From assembly GCA_963806225.1 (NCBI GenBank), contig CAWDXG010000004.1, positions 3,488,001-3,552,000 of the forward strand: a stretch of 64,000 nucleotides of DNA. Reading direction: 5' to 3'. Position 1 is the stretch's first letter. Every line of letters begins with the position of its first letter. The notes beneath the pieces are model-generated. The model was given only the letters and a program-made list of their open reading frames with translations. It made no database searches and had not been told where the DNA came from. The stretch is from an uncultured delta proteobacterium. GTDB lineage: Bacteria; Myxococcota_A; Polyangia; Polyangiales; Polyangiaceae. The position numbers and the translations under genes were made by a program. Positions 53,041-61,872 of this stretch are shown here, piece by piece.

Positions 53041-55053
53041 GTGCCAGCGTTGCCGGAGAAGCTGTGGAAGCCCTTGCGCCGCCACGCGCCCCTCGTGACC
53101 GCCACCGCGCTGGTCGCGGGCGTGGCGACAACGGCCATCCTGCGCAAAACGCACGGCGTGCCGGCGGTGCCGCTCGACGACGCCTTCATCCACTTCCAGT
53201 ACGCGCGCGCCTTCGCCCGGCTCCACCCGTTCGAATACACGCCCGGAGCCGCGCCCACCCCCGGCGCAACCAGCCTGCTCTGGCCGCTGCTCCTCGCTCC
53301 CTTCTATGCGATCGGTTTCAAGGGCGTGTGGCTGATCCCGATCGCCTGGCTGTTCGGCTTCGTCTCGCTCGGACTGCTCGCCTACGAGACGTGGCGCATC
53401 TCCCAGCGGCTGCTCGCCCACACCACCGCGATCGCCGCGTCCGCGATGGTGCTGGCCTTCGGCGGCTACATCTGGTGCGCGGCCAGCGGCATGGAGGTCG
53501 TGCCGTTCGCGTGGCTTCTGATGCGAAGCGCACGCCGCGCAGCCGAGTGGGGAGAAGCGAGCGGGGTCGCCACGCGCCGTGAGCGGCTCGAGCTCGTCGC
53601 GCTCGCTTTGCTCACGCCCCTGATGCGTCCGGAAGGCGCCGTCGCATCCCTGTTGATCGCCGTTGCCCTGTTCGCGTTTCCGCGCGGCCGCGCGCGCACC
53701 CGCGCCTGGGCGGCCCTGCCGCTGTGCGGGCCGCTGATCATGCCGCTGATCGAGCTGGCTGCCACCGGGCACTTCGGCAGTACGACCGCACAGGTCAAGT
53801 GGCTGCCACTCAATCCGTACTACGGCAACGGGCGCTTCACCGAGCAGGTGCTCGAAAACCTCCGCGTGCTCTTCAACACGCTATTGGACGGCAGGATCTG
53901 GAGCGCTGTCTACGTGCCGCAGGGTTCGCGCTGGGTGACGTGGCTTGCCCTGCCCGCGCTCGCGCTGATGGCGGCAAGGCGACGCACCCCCTGGCGGGGT
54001 CTCTGCGTCGGCGTCGTCGCGCTCGGCATGCTGCTGCCCACCACCTACGATAGTTTCCTGTGGAACCGGCTGCGCTACCTCTGGCCGTTCGCGGCGGCCT
54101 GGTTCGTGGCGCTCGGCGCGCTCGCCGACGCCGCCGGCGCGCTCGCGGCCCGGCTCTCGTCCGGCCTCGGTTGGGTGCGCATTCTGGTGGCCGGCGCGTT
54201 CTTGGGCGGCCTGGTCAGCCACGTCTCGTGGACGCTCGAGGATCTAGCCACGAGCTCCGACGCGATCCGCCGCCAGCAGGCCTCGCTGGGCCACTGGGCG
54301 CACGACGCACTGCCCCCGGACGCGCGCCTGGGCGTCAACGACACCGGAGCTATCGCGTACTTCTCCGACCGGCGCGTGTTCGACATCTGCGGGCTGACCA
54401 CGCGCGGTGAAGCGCGCTACTGGGTCGCCGGAACGGGCTCCCGCTTCGAGCACTACGAGCACATGAAGCGGAGCGAACTGCCCACGCATTTCATCGTGTA
54501 CCCGGAGTGGATGGGTCTGCCGTGGCTGCTCGGCAGACAGCTCACCGAACGCACGGTGCACGGCGCGACCATCCTTGGCGGCACCACCATGTACGCACAC
54601 GTAGCGGACTACAGCGCGCTCGGCTCCGGCGATCGCCCGCTGTCGAAGGAAGCCGCGGGGAAGAAGACCGTCGACGTGCTCAACGTCGCCGATCTCGAGA
54701 GCGAGGCGTCGCACGACTACCGGCTGTACTGGGCGGAGCAGGTCGACAACGTCCCGGTCGGCACGCTGGACGGCCGCGTCGACGGCGCGCGCAAGCGGCG
54801 GTCGCTCGACACCTTCACGCTGAAGCTGTCGCCCGGCGGTGTGCTGATCGGCCGCTTCGGTGCGGCCCGGCCCATGAAGCTCCGGGTCCGCATCGACGGC
54901 CACGACGCCGGGACGTTCGAGCTCGAGGGCTACGACTGGGAAGAGCCCTCGCTCGGGCTGCGCCGCGACCTGCAGGCGGGGCCCCATCGCATCGATATCT
55001 CGGCGCCCTCGAAGCGCGCCTTCGCGTCGATGCACTACTGGTCGCTGCGCTGA
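53041..55053 (+). CDS. Polytopic membrane protein, GT-C-type glycosyltransferase-like
   Basis: PLDDAFIHFQYARA, GATSLLWPLLL, SGME, RPEG, RYLWP and D.GAIAYFS...D.CGL motifs; many TM helices. Confidence 0.72.
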   Translation: MPALPEKLWKPLRRHAPLVTATALVAGVATTAILRKTHGVPAVPLDDAFIHFQYARAFARLHPFEYTPGAAPTPGATSLLWPLLLAPFYAIGFKGVWLIPIAWLFGFVSLGLLAYETWRISQRLLAHTTAIAASAMVLAFGGYIWCAASGMEVVPFAWLLMRSARRAAEWGEASGVATRRERLELVALALLTPLMRPEGAVASLLIAVALFAFPRGRARTRAWAALPLCGPLIMPLIELAATGHFGSTTAQVKWLPLNPYYGNGRFTEQVLENLRVLFNTLLDGRIWSAVYVPQGSRWVTWLALPALALMAARRRTPWRGLCVGVVALGMLLPTTYDSFLWNRLRYLWPFAAAWFVALGALADAAGALAARLSSGLGWVRILVAGAFLGGLVSHVSWTLEDLATSSDAIRRQQASLGHWAHDALPPDARLGVNDTGAIAYFSDRRVFDICGLTTRGEARYWVAGTGSRFEHYEHMKRSELPTHFIVYPEWMGLPWLLGRQLTERTVHGATILGGTTMYAHVADYSALGSGDRPLSKEAAGKKTVDVLNVADLESEASHDYRLYWAEQVDNVPVGTLDGRVDGARKRRSLDTFTLKLSPGGVLIGRFGAARPMKLRVRIDGHDAGTFELEGYDWEEPSLGLRRDLQAGPHRIDISAPSKRAFASMHYWSLR

Positions 55054-55094
55054 GCCGCGCCGGGACCGCCGCGCCGGAAAAGGCTGCCCCCTTC

Positions 55095-55123
55095 TTGACA
55101 GTCATTACTGTCATAGTTATAGA
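55095..55123 (+). promoter_or_regulatory. Near-consensus sigma70 promoter overlapped by a palindromic operator
   Basis: TTGACA-N17-TATAGA; TGACAGT-CATT-ACTGTCA palindrome at 55096-55113. Confidence 0.75.
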
Positions 55124-55130
55124 TGACTCA

Positions 55131-55307
55131 ATGAACGCTGTGATTCATGGCCCCCGACGGGGGCCCAGGACGCCCGATCCGTACGACTGCGGGGCGCGCC
55201 CGAGCCAGCGCCCCGAGGACTATCCCGCCTGGCGCGAAGGTCTGCTGATCGGCGCGGCGCTGCTTGCGCTGGCGCTGCTCCAGTACTGGCACCTCGCGTT
55301 TCCGTGA
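55131..55307 (+). CDS. 58-aa small protein with a C-terminal TM helix, probably leaderless
   Basis: ATG 7 nt after the -10 box; MNAVIHGPRR...WREGLLIGAALLALALLQYWHLAFP. Confidence 0.55.
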   Translation: MNAVIHGPRRGPRTPDPYDCGARPSQRPEDYPAWREGLLIGAALLALALLQYWHLAFP

Positions 55308-55378
55308 TGTAGCAGATTGCTACGCCAACGTGTCATTTTGACACGGCCACGTATCGGCAGGCGTGGCAATCTGCTACA
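55308..55378. promoter_or_regulatory. Array of three related palindromes upstream of the metal ECF transporter
   Basis: GTAGCA-gat-TGCTAC, GTGTCA-ttt-TGACAC and GTGGCA-atc-TGCTAC; the outer two form a 19-bp inverted repeat. Confidence 0.65.
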
Positions 55379-55475
55379 ATGCGCAGCGCCTGCGCCCGGG
55401 AAAAGACGCAGACGGCCGGTAGCACACGTTTCCAAAGTGGTGGCACGCGCTGCGGCACGTGGCTAGGTTCGCGAG

Positions 55476-56264
55476 GTGCACCTGGCCGACGGCATCGTGA
55501 CCAACGCGCCGCTGCTCGTAGGGCTGGACCTCGTGGGGGCGGCGGGCGTGAGCGTGGCTCTGAGCCGCTCGGTCGCACGGGACTCGCGCCGCATCGCCTG
55601 GACCGGAACGCTGGCGGCCTTCGTGCTCGCCGCGCAGGCGATCAACGTGCCGATGGTGCCAGGGGCGAGCGCGCACGTGATCGGTGCCGGGTTGCTCGCG
55701 CTCGCGCTCGGTCCAGCGGAAGCCATCGTCGCGATGACCGCGGTGCTGCTGGTGCAGGCGCTCATGTTCGGCGACGGCGGGATCACGACTCTAGGGCTGA
55801 ACGTGCTGGACATGGCGGTGCTACCGGTGCTGGTCGTGCACGGGCTGAGGCGGGTGTTCGGCGAGACGAAGCGCGGACTGACGCTCACGGCTTTCGCCGG
55901 CACGCTGGTCGGTACCGTGGCCGGCGCGGCTGTGCTCTCGACCACGCTGGTGCTCGGCGCGGGAGCCCCTACGCGCGTGACCTTCGGCTGGATCGTCGGC
56001 GTGCAGAGCATTGCAGGGCTCATCGAAGGCGTACTCGCCGCGGTCGCAGTCCGTCATCTGGTCGGGCGCGCGCCAGGGCTGCTGTCGCGTAGTCCATCCG
56101 CACTGCTTGCGCTCGACAGCCATGCGCCACCACGCGAGTCGCGTCGCGGGCTGGTTCTGGCGATGGTCGCGATCGCGGTCGCGTTGATGCTGCTGCCGCT
56201 CGCGAGCAGCACTCCGGACGCGCTCCAGGTCGTGGTGCAGCGGCTGCATCTGGCGGTGCGATGA
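55476..56264 (+). CDS. cbiM: Ni/Co ECF transporter S component CbiM/NikM with a PDGLE-like tail
   Basis: N-terminal MHLADG, AFVLAAQAINVP, SAHVIG, QALMFGDGGITTLGLN and C-terminal ASSTPDAL. Confidence 0.88.
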   Translation: MHLADGIVTNAPLLVGLDLVGAAGVSVALSRSVARDSRRIAWTGTLAAFVLAAQAINVPMVPGASAHVIGAGLLALALGPAEAIVAMTAVLLVQALMFGDGGITTLGLNVLDMAVLPVLVVHGLRRVFGETKRGLTLTAFAGTLVGTVAGAAVLSTTLVLGAGAPTRVTFGWIVGVQSIAGLIEGVLAAVAVRHLVGRAPGLLSRSPSALLALDSHAPPRESRRGLVLAMVAIAVALMLLPLASSTPDALQVVVQRLHLAVR

Positions 56265-56953
56265 CGTCGTCGGCGCTCACGCCGTTGGGCAGTACCGGCA
56301 CGCCACTTTGCCGCGCGGCGTCGCCAGCAGCACGGCTTCTGGCCGGCGCGGTGCTGGTCGCCGCCATCGCCACAGCGCCGATCGGATCGCTCCCTGCACT
56401 GTCGATCTCCGCACTGGTGCTTCTGGCCACGCTGTTGGCCGCACAGCCCCGTCTCCGCCCGTTCATGCATCGCGCATTGCCCGCGGCGCTCGTGATCGCC
56501 GCGCTGGTCGTGCCGCTCGTGATCGCGGGCAGGAGCGCCCAGGCGCTCGCCATGGGCGCACGGGCCACGCTGGCGGTCGGCGTAGCGCTGGGCGTGGCCG
56601 CGAGCCTAGCGCTCGACGAACTGCCCGGCGCACTCTCCGCGCTGGGCGTTCCGGCCGCGCTCGCCGCAGTGGTGGAGACGATGCTGCGACAGCTCGGCAG
56701 CGTGCAGGACGAGGGGCGTCGCATCGTGCTGGCACGCAGGCTGCGCGGCGCGCGGGGCTTTGGCGTTGGACCGGAGGTGTTGTCGGCGCTCCTCGTGCGC
56801 ACCAGCGCGCGCGCCGAGCGTGCGGAGCTCGCCATGCGGCTCCGGGGCTACAATCCCGCGCTGGCGCGCGAGCAGGCGCGGCTCGGCCGGCGCGATCTGC
56901 CGCTCCTCGGTCTGACGATCGTGCTGGCCGTCCTGCTGCACATCGCGGCGTAG
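56261..56953 (+). CDS. cbiQ: ECF transporter T component CbiQ/NikQ
   Basis: TM helices, ARRLRG and RAERAELAMRLRGY. Confidence 0.82.
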   Translation: MTSSALTPLGSTGTPLCRAASPAARLLAGAVLVAAIATAPIGSLPALSISALVLLATLLAAQPRLRPFMHRALPAALVIAALVVPLVIAGRSAQALAMGARATLAVGVALGVAASLALDELPGALSALGVPAALAAVVETMLRQLGSVQDEGRRIVLARRLRGARGFGVGPEVLSALLVRTSARAERAELAMRLRGYNPALAREQARLGRRDLPLLGLTIVLAVLLHIAA

Positions 56954-56963
56954 CGAGGCCGGC

Positions 56964-57713
56964 GTGAGCGGCCAGTCGATCCACATCGAGCGTCTGCAGG
57001 TCTGGCGCGACGACGGCAGCGGGCGACAGTGCGTGGTCGACGAGCTGTCGCTCGACATCGCTCCCGGTGAACGCGTCGCTGTCGCGGGACCGAACGGCGC
57101 CGGCAAGACGTTGCTCTTGCTGGCCATGGTCGGAGCGTTGCCCTTCTCCGGCACGATCGCCGTAGGCGGACGCGCGCTCGATTCCAGCAGCCTCGAGGCC
57201 GTACGCCGGGACGTCGGCTACGTGTTCGCCGATCCGTCGGATCAACTCTTCCTGCCGACCGTCCGCGAGGAAGTGGGCTTCGGGCCGCGCCAGCGCGGCG
57301 TGGCGGGCCAGGCGCTGGCGGCGCGCGTCGGTTCGGCGCTCGAAGCCGTCGGGCTCCGCGGCTTCGATGAACGGTCGCCGCTCGCTCTCAGCCTGGGCGA
57401 GCAGCGCCGCCTGGCCGCCGCCACGGTGCTGTCCAGCGAACCCGGCGCGCTGCTCTTCGACGAGCCGACCGCAAGCCTGGATCCGCGCGCGCGGCGCGCC
57501 ATGCTCGAGACCCTGCGCGGACTCGACGCCACGCTGCTGCTCGCTACGCACGATCTCGACGCGGTGCTGGACCTGGACGCGCGCGTGGTCCTGCTCGACG
57601 CCGGTCGCCTGATCGCCGAAGGCCCCGCCGCGGAGCTGCTCCGCGACGAGGCGCTGCTCGAGCGCGCCGGCATGGCGCTGCCGCTGGGCGTGCAGAGAGG
57701 TCCAGGGGGCTAG
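56964..57713 (+). CDS. cbiO: ECF transporter ATPase CbiO/NikO
   Basis: GPNGAGKT, DQLFLPTVREEVGFGP, LSLGEQRR, DEPTASLD and ATHDL. Confidence 0.88.
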   Translation: MSGQSIHIERLQVWRDDGSGRQCVVDELSLDIAPGERVAVAGPNGAGKTLLLLAMVGALPFSGTIAVGGRALDSSSLEAVRRDVGYVFADPSDQLFLPTVREEVGFGPRQRGVAGQALAARVGSALEAVGLRGFDERSPLALSLGEQRRLAAATVLSSEPGALLFDEPTASLDPRARRAMLETLRGLDATLLLATHDLDAVLDLDARVVLLDAGRLIAEGPAAELLRDEALLERAGMALPLGVQRGPGG

Positions 57714-57792
57714 ACGAAGCACGGCGGACCGTCGATCGACGCGCAACGCGGAGGGCAACCCCGGACCCCTCCACGAGTGCTATACCGCGCGC

Positions 57793-58737
57793 ATGCGTCG
57801 CCGACCGCTGGGAAAGACGGGCCTGAACGTGACCGAGCTCGGGCTCGGTACGTGGGGGCTTTCCGGTGACGGCTACGGGCCGGTGCCGGAGGCGGAGCAG
57901 GACCGGGTCATCGACCGCGCGCGCGCGCTCGGGATCACGCTGTTCGAGACGGCGGACAGCTACGCGCACGGTGGCATGGAGCGCAAGCTCGGCGAGCGGC
58001 TGAAGGACGACAAGCGCGCGCGCATCGTGACCAGGATCGGAACGGATCGCGATGCCATCCCGCCGAAGAAGCGCTTCGACCCGGAGTACCTGCGTACGGC
58101 CGTGGAGCGCTCCGCCGAACGGCTCGCACGCGATGTGATCGACGTGGTGCTGCTGCATAATCCATCCGAAGTGGCGATGGAGAAACGCGAGGCGACCGCG
58201 CTCTGCACGGAGCTGAAGCAGGCCGGGAAGATCCGCGCGTGGGGCGTGAGCGCCGGCACGCTGGAAGTAGCGAGCGCTGCGGTCGATCAGGGCGCCGAGG
58301 TCCTGTCGCTCGCATACAACGCGCTCTACCAGAGCAACCTCGACGAGCTCTCGGAAGTGATCGAAGAGGCGGACGTGGGCGTGCTGGCGCACTCGGTGCT
58401 CGGCTACGGGCTTCTGTCCGGGCACTGGGCGCCGAGCAAGAGCTTCGCACTCGGCGACCACCGCGCCGAGCGCTGGACCGGGGACGAGCTCAGGCGCAGG
58501 ATCCGCCAGCTCGACGCGATCCGGCCGCTGATCGGCGGAGACGTGCTGAGCCTGCGCGGCGGCGCGCTGCGTTTCGTGCTGCACAACGAGGCGGTCAGCT
58601 CCGCGCTGCTCGGCCCGCGTAACACCATCCAGCTCGACCAGCTGGTGCGGGAGGCCGGCAAGGGCCCGCCGTACCTCGAGGACGAGAAGATGACGGCGCT
58701 GGAAAACCGGCTGCGCGACGTGGGAGTCGAGGTGTGA
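57793..58737 (+). CDS. Aldo/keto reductase
   Basis: LGKTGLNVTELGLGTWGL, ETADSY..G, IDVVLLHNP and AGKIRAWGVS. Confidence 0.92.
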   Translation: MRRRPLGKTGLNVTELGLGTWGLSGDGYGPVPEAEQDRVIDRARALGITLFETADSYAHGGMERKLGERLKDDKRARIVTRIGTDRDAIPPKKRFDPEYLRTAVERSAERLARDVIDVVLLHNPSEVAMEKREATALCTELKQAGKIRAWGVSAGTLEVASAAVDQGAEVLSLAYNALYQSNLDELSEVIEEADVGVLAHSVLGYGLLSGHWAPSKSFALGDHRAERWTGDELRRRIRQLDAIRPLIGGDVLSLRGGALRFVLHNEAVSSALLGPRNTIQLDQLVREAGKGPPYLEDEKMTALENRLRDVGVEV

Positions 58738-59570
58738 AGAACGCGCAGGCGACACTGACAGCTCTGGTCGAGATCGCCCGCGAAGCCTCGGGGATCGTCG
58801 AGGCGGTGTACGCGGAGCCGTTCGAGGTGGACTACAAGGGCCCGAAGGACCCGGTCACCGAGGCCGACCGTCGCGCCAACACGCTCATCTGCGAGCGGCT
58901 GGAGGAGCAATTCCCGGGCGTGCCGGTGGTGGCCGAGGAGAGCGCACCCGAGGCGTTCGCCGGTTTCCGCAAGGCGGAGCGCGTGTTCTTCGTGGACCCG
59001 CTCGACGGCACGCGGGAGTTCGTGAAGCGGAACGGCGAGTTCGCCGTGATGATCGGGCTGCTCGATGGCGAGCGCGCGAGCGTCGGCGTGATCCACGCGC
59101 CGACCGAGGACATGAGCTTCGGCGGCATCGTCGGAGAGGGCGCCTGGCGCTTCCAGGCGGACGGCTCCCGCACGCCGGTCGCCGTGAGCGGGCAGGAAGT
59201 GCTGGGCGAGGCGCGGGTAGTGGCGTCGCGCTCGCACCGGACGGACACGATGGAGCGCGCGCTCCGGATCCTGGGCGCGGGCGAGATCATCACGCTGGGC
59301 AGCGCCGGGCTGAAGGGCGTGGCGGTGGCCCGCGGCGACGCCGAGGCGTACGTGGCGCCGGGCTACGCGGGCAAGCGCTGGGACGCGTGCGCGGCGGATG
59401 CGCTGGTCAGCGCGGCGGGTGGACGTTTCACCGACGCCTATGGCAAGCCCGTCGACTACCGCGGCGAGCGGTTGGCCAACGACCAGGGCGTGGTGGCGAC
59501 GAACGGCCGGCTGCACGACGCATTTCTGGGTCGGCTGGCCGCGGCGCGACAGGAACAGGGCCTGGAGTAG
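58734..59570 (+). CDS. cysQ: CysQ-like 3'(2'),5'-bisphosphate nucleotidase / inositol monophosphatase family protein
   Basis: PVTEAD, AEES, VDPLDGTREF, SRSH, GSAGLK and WDACA. Confidence 0.85.
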   Translation: MKNAQATLTALVEIAREASGIVEAVYAEPFEVDYKGPKDPVTEADRRANTLICERLEEQFPGVPVVAEESAPEAFAGFRKAERVFFVDPLDGTREFVKRNGEFAVMIGLLDGERASVGVIHAPTEDMSFGGIVGEGAWRFQADGSRTPVAVSGQEVLGEARVVASRSHRTDTMERALRILGAGEIITLGSAGLKGVAVARGDAEAYVAPGYAGKRWDACAADALVSAAGGRFTDAYGKPVDYRGERLANDQGVVATNGRLHDAFLGRLAAARQEQGLE

Positions 59571-59611
59571 AAGACCGCGCGCTCGCCGCAGCACTGATCT
59601 ACAGTCGGGCC

Positions 59612-60760
59612 ATGCGCGACTCCGCCGAGGTCGTGATCGTGGGCGCTGGCATCATGGGCCTGAGCGTCGCGTACAATCTGGCGAAGCACCACGGCGTCAG
59701 GCGCATCACGGTGGTGGATCAGTCGTACCTGTGCGGCGGCGCCAGCGGGCGCAACGGCGGCGGCGTGCGCGCCCAGTGGTCGAGTGAAGCGAACATCCGC
59801 TTGATGCAGGAGAGCCTGGAGCTCTGCCGCGACTTCGCCAAGGAGCACCACATCAACACCTGGTTCCGCCAGGGCGGCTATCTGTTCCTGGTCAGGAGCG
59901 AGGAGCGGCGCCGCGAGCTGGAAAAGAACGTCAAGCTGCAGAACGAGTGCGGCCTGATGACGCGGCTGCTCACGCCTGCCGAGGCGCAGGAGATCGTGCC
60001 GGAGCTTTCCACGGAGGGGCTCCTGGCCGCGAGCTATAACCCATACGACGCCGTGGTGTTCCCCTGGCCGTTCGTGTGGGGCTACGCGGAGGGCGCAGAG
60101 CAGCTGGGAGTGGAGGTGTGCACGTTCACGCGCGTGACCGGCATCGAGACGCGCGGGCGCGGCATCACCGCCGTGGTGACGGACAAGGGTCGCATCGAGA
60201 CCAACATCGTGGTCAACGCCGCCGGAGCGTGGAGTCCGGGCATCGCGCGGCTGGTCGGCATCGAGATGCCGAACCATCCGCACCGTCACGAGATCTGCGC
60301 CAGCGAGCCGCTGAAGCCTTGGCTCACGCCGCTGGTGGCGGATCTGACCGACGGCCTCTACTTCTCGCAGTCGACCCGCGGCGAGATCGTCGGCGGCATC
60401 GGCAACAAGAAGGTGCCCGAAGGCGAGAACCAGGACAGCTCGTACCGCTTTCTCGCGCTCTACTCGCGCGGCCTGATGCGCGCGTGCCCGATCCTCGGCG
60501 GCGTCAAGATCCTGCGCCAGTGGGCGGGCATGTACGACATCACGCCGGATCAGAACCCGATCGTGGGCGAGGTCGACGAGCTCGAGGGCTTCTTCCAGGC
60601 CAGCGGCTTCATGGGCCACGGCTTCATGATGGCACCGGTCATCGGCAAGCTGCTCGCGCAGCACATCGCCGAGGGCACGCACCTCCCGCTGTTCGAGCGC
60701 TGGAACCTGCGCCGCTTCAAGGAAGGCAAGCTGCTCGGCGAGGGCATGATCATCGGCTAG
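59612..60760 (+). CDS. FAD-dependent oxidoreductase (DAO / sarcosine oxidase beta-like)
   Basis: [33 protein letters not shown] and GHGFMMAP. Confidence 0.9.
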   Translation: MRDSAEVVIVGAGIMGLSVAYNLAKHHGVRRITVVDQSYLCGGASGRNGGGVRAQWSSEANIRLMQESLELCRDFAKEHHINTWFRQGGYLFLVRSEERRRELEKNVKLQNECGLMTRLLTPAEAQEIVPELSTEGLLAASYNPYDAVVFPWPFVWGYAEGAEQLGVEVCTFTRVTGIETRGRGITAVVTDKGRIETNIVVNAAGAWSPGIARLVGIEMPNHPHRHEICASEPLKPWLTPLVADLTDGLYFSQSTRGEIVGGIGNKKVPEGENQDSSYRFLALYSRGLMRACPILGGVKILRQWAGMYDITPDQNPIVGEVDELEGFFQASGFMGHGFMMAPVIGKLLAQHIAEGTHLPLFERWNLRRFKEGKLLGEGMIIG

Positions 60761-60803
60761 CCGGCGGTTTGTCGGGCGCGCGGCAGCGCCGTACGCTTGG
60801 GCG

Positions 60804-61814
60804 ATGGTGCGCTACCTCGTTTTCGCGCTCACGCTCTTGACCACCGCCTGCGGCAGCTCGCCGTCGAGCTCGAAGAAGCAGCCCCCCAGCTTCGATTACC
60901 CGCGCGACAGCGAGATCCGCGTCGACCAGATCCAGCTGAAGGCGACGCACAACAGCTACCACGTCCAGAACCCGGACATCACGAACCCGCTTCTGGCCTA
61001 CACGCACGACCCGCTCGAGCAACAGCTCGAGGAGCAGGGCGTGCGCGGCCTCGAGCTCGACGCGCACTACGACTCGAAGCAGGGCGTGTTCGAGGTCTAT
61101 CACATCACGCTGCTGGACGAGGGCACGCGCTGCCGGCTTCTGACCGATTGCCTGCGCACGATCAAGACGTGGTCGGATGCGCATCCGGCGCACCAGCTGC
61201 TGTTCATCCACCTGGAACCGAAGGACAACCCGCCCGCAGACCCGGAGCCGTGGTTCGGGGAGCTGGAGAGCGAATTCCTCTCGGTGTGGCCGCGGAATCG
61301 CATCGTCACGCCCGACGACGTGCGCGGCAGCGCGGCGACGCTGCGCGACGCGGTGGAAAGCCATGGTTTCCCGACGCTGGGCGAAACACGCGGCAAGATC
61401 CTGATCTACATCGACAACCATGCGACGTTCCGCGACGTCTACACACAGGGCGGCAAGGACGTGCACGGCCGGCTGATGTTCTGCGATTCGTCTCCGACCG
61501 ATCCGTTCGCGGCGATCAGCGTCCTGAACGACCCGGTCGCGGATCAACAGCAGATCCTCGACGCGGTGAAGCAACACATGATCGTGCGCACGCGGGTGGA
61601 CAGCGAGGGTGCGCCGCTGCCCGCCGACAGCGGCCCGCTGTTCGACGCGGCTGTCAGCGCTGCGCAGATCGTCACGACGGATTTCCCTTCCGCCGACGAG
61701 AACGGCGGCGGCTACATCTTCAACCTGCCCGGCGGCGAGCCCTCGCGCTGCAATCCGCTGACCGGATCCAAGGACTGCACGGCAGAAGACGTCGAGAACC
61801 CGTCGTTCATGTGA
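60804..61814 (+). CDS. Lipoprotein of the PLC-like phosphodiesterase (PI-PLC-like) family
   Basis: LLTTA-C lipobox; ATHNSYH, QLEEQGVRGLELDAH, WSDAHPAH..LEPKD and AQIVTTDFP. Confidence 0.8.
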   Translation: MVRYLVFALTLLTTACGSSPSSSKKQPPSFDYPRDSEIRVDQIQLKATHNSYHVQNPDITNPLLAYTHDPLEQQLEEQGVRGLELDAHYDSKQGVFEVYHITLLDEGTRCRLLTDCLRTIKTWSDAHPAHQLLFIHLEPKDNPPADPEPWFGELESEFLSVWPRNRIVTPDDVRGSAATLRDAVESHGFPTLGETRGKILIYIDNHATFRDVYTQGGKDVHGRLMFCDSSPTDPFAAISVLNDPVADQQQILDAVKQHMIVRTRVDSEGAPLPADSGPLFDAAVSAAQIVTTDFPSADENGGGYIFNLPGGEPSRCNPLTGSKDCTAEDVENPSFM

Positions 61815-61872
61815 CCGGGATCAAGGCCCGGCGCTGGCGCCGGGCAGGCCGACCGGCGATACTCCGGTCGGG

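Noticed and set aside
55441..55456. Sigma54 promoter call before cbiM
   Set aside because: TGGCACG matches the -24 element, but the GC lies 11 rather than 10 nt after the GG, so it is noted only as a possibility.
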